From Bdellovibrionales bacterium (GTDB taxonomy: Bacteria; Bdellovibrionota; Bdellovibrionia; Bdellovibrionales; UBA1609): a stretch of DNA of 64,000 bases. Location: positions 714 through 64,713 of the forward strand of contig DAIDIG010000012.1 in NCBI GenBank assembly GCA_027459485.1, in the 5' to 3' direction. Shown here in pieces: positions 62,903 through 64,000 of the stretch; the first letter of the stretch is position 1; each line of letters begins with the position of its first letter. The position numbers and the translations under genes were made by a program. Under the pieces are notes generated by a model. The model saw only the letters and a list, made by a program, of their open reading frames with translations, had not been told where the DNA came from and ran no database searches.

Positions 62903-64000
62903 TCGCTCACCTCGAGTGGCAACAGCACTCGAAAGGTTGTGCCTTTGCCGATCGTCGAGTCGAATTCGATTCGGCCGCCAAATCGCTCAACGATACTGCG
63001 GCTCATGCTCAGGCCGAGGCCCGTCCCTTCGCCGACAGCTTTGGTCGTGAAGAAAAACTCGAATACTTTCTCTCGCAATTCAGGGGCAATGCCCGGCCCC
63101 GAATCTTCGATTGAAACGGCCGCAATGCTTTCGCCTGAATTATCTTTCGCTGCATAAGTCTTCACAACGAGCTGCCCGCTATCCGTCATTGCTTCGCAGG
63201 CATTCTTCACGATATTGAAGATGACCTGTTGGGTCAGATGAGGTTCAACAAAAATCGGGACTTCACTGGAACTCAGCTCGACGATAAGTTCGAATCGCCG
63301 CGTGAGAGAGTTCAGCAGTGAAAGTGTTTTCGTTACAATGTCATTCAAATCGACGCGAATCTGCTTCTGTTCGAACCCAGCCGTTGAAAACTCGCGCAAG
63401 TTCGTGATGATTTTTTGGCAGCGTTCGGCGGCGATTTCGGCTTCGATCAAATCGCTTTTCAAATTTGTACCCTCTGGTGCCTGAGGGATCAAAAGTTGCG
63501 CCATCGAGCGAATACCCGTAAGCGGATTATTGAGTTCGTGCGCGATGTGACCGGCGAGTTGCCCGAGCGCCGCCATTTTTTCACCTTGCATCAGCTGCTT
63601 TTTGAGACGTGTAGAGCGTGTCACGTCGATGTAGTGGCTGATCGTGTTCGACGGGCGATCGGTGTGCCCGACCGAAATTGGATACGAATGAACTTCGTAT
63701 TCACGGCCGTCATGCTGGATTGTCTCATCAAACAACCCGTCTACCGAAAGATTCGCGAGCTGTTCTGAAAACGCGCGGTTGGCGCGCAAAATCTCGCCAT
63801 CCGATCCGAATATCGCCACAGGATCTTGCAAACTGTCGAACGTGCGCTCCCACATCAATGACGAATCTTTCAATTGCTGCTCGAGAAATAATCGATCAAG
63901 CGCCGAACTCATGGCCTCAACGCGGTCTTCGATAAACTTCAAAAACGTTGCGACTTCTTCTTTTTTTAATGAATGCTCAAGATACAACACACCGTCGGCT
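62899..64000 (-). CDS. Sensor histidine kinase (PAS-HisKA-HATPase_c), probably N-terminally truncated by the window edge
   Basis: H-box (HIAHELNNPLTGI), N-box (VIFNIVKNACEAM), G1 (EDSGPGI), G2 (GTGLGLSMS). The frame remains open from 63990 to the window end. Confidence 0.85.
   Translation of the reverse strand, partial: ADGVLYLEHSLKKEEVATFLKFIEDRVEAMSSALDRLFLEQQLKDSSLMWERTFDSLQDPVAIFGSDGEILRANRAFSEQLANLSVDGLFDETIQHDGREYEVHSYPISVGHTDRPSNTISHYIDVTRSTRLKKQLMQGEKMAALGQLAGHIAHELNNPLTGIRSMAQLLIPQAPEGTNLKSDLIEAEIAAERCQKIITNLREFSTAGFEQKQIRVDLNDIVTKTLSLLNSLTRRFELIVELSSSEVPIFVEPHLTQQVIFNIVKNACEAMTDSGQLVVKTYAAKDNSGESIAAVSIEDSGPGIAPELREKVFEFFFTTKAVGEGTGLGLSMSRSIVERFGGRIEFDSTIGKGTTFRVLLPLEVSE

Overview
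The window is dense, mostly core-chromosome sequence of about 50% GC from a Gram-negative, flagellated bacterium. The gene content and protein style look like Bdellovibrionota or another deltaproteobacteria-like lineage, but that is inference only. I could support about 70 protein-coding genes and found no rRNA, tRNA, CRISPR array, transposon or prophage.

Recognisable blocks:
- A lipA-E2-lpd-lipB operon.
- A dcw cell-wall cluster split into two divergently oriented halves: murE-murF-mraY-murD on the minus strand and mraZ-rsmH-ftsL-ftsI on the plus strand.
- truA-rplM-rpsI, tdk-hpt, mltD/dacB/lspA, motAB and dsbD.
- A pal-cpoB-tsaD-rsmA-smpB run and a histidine kinase-response regulator-PilZ-rsmD-coaD-aminotransferase run.

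Most system-like unexplained content:
1. A translationally coupled cluster at the left edge (1-4902). It holds a sensor-like HAMP membrane protein, two membrane-anchored proteins carrying three FHA domains in total, and what looks by eye like a catalytically dead PP2C-fold protein. No Ser/Thr kinase is visible.
2. A Cys/Asn/Thr-rich secreted protein with a conserved C-terminal CFIATAAYGS...TM...basic module, translationally coupled to a putative outer-membrane beta-barrel (21463-23762).
3. A 2TM-plus-HAMP-like module that occurs twice, once fused to signal peptidase II and once as a free-standing gene.

I also see a textbook triple GTGGAAA direct repeat at 10-bp spacing upstream of mraZ, followed by a terminator-like hairpin inside the roughly 170-nt leader.

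All functional calls rest on motif recognition by eye in the supplied translations. No database search was run. I found no compelling evidence for a defence island or mobile element, so the novelty claims are modest.
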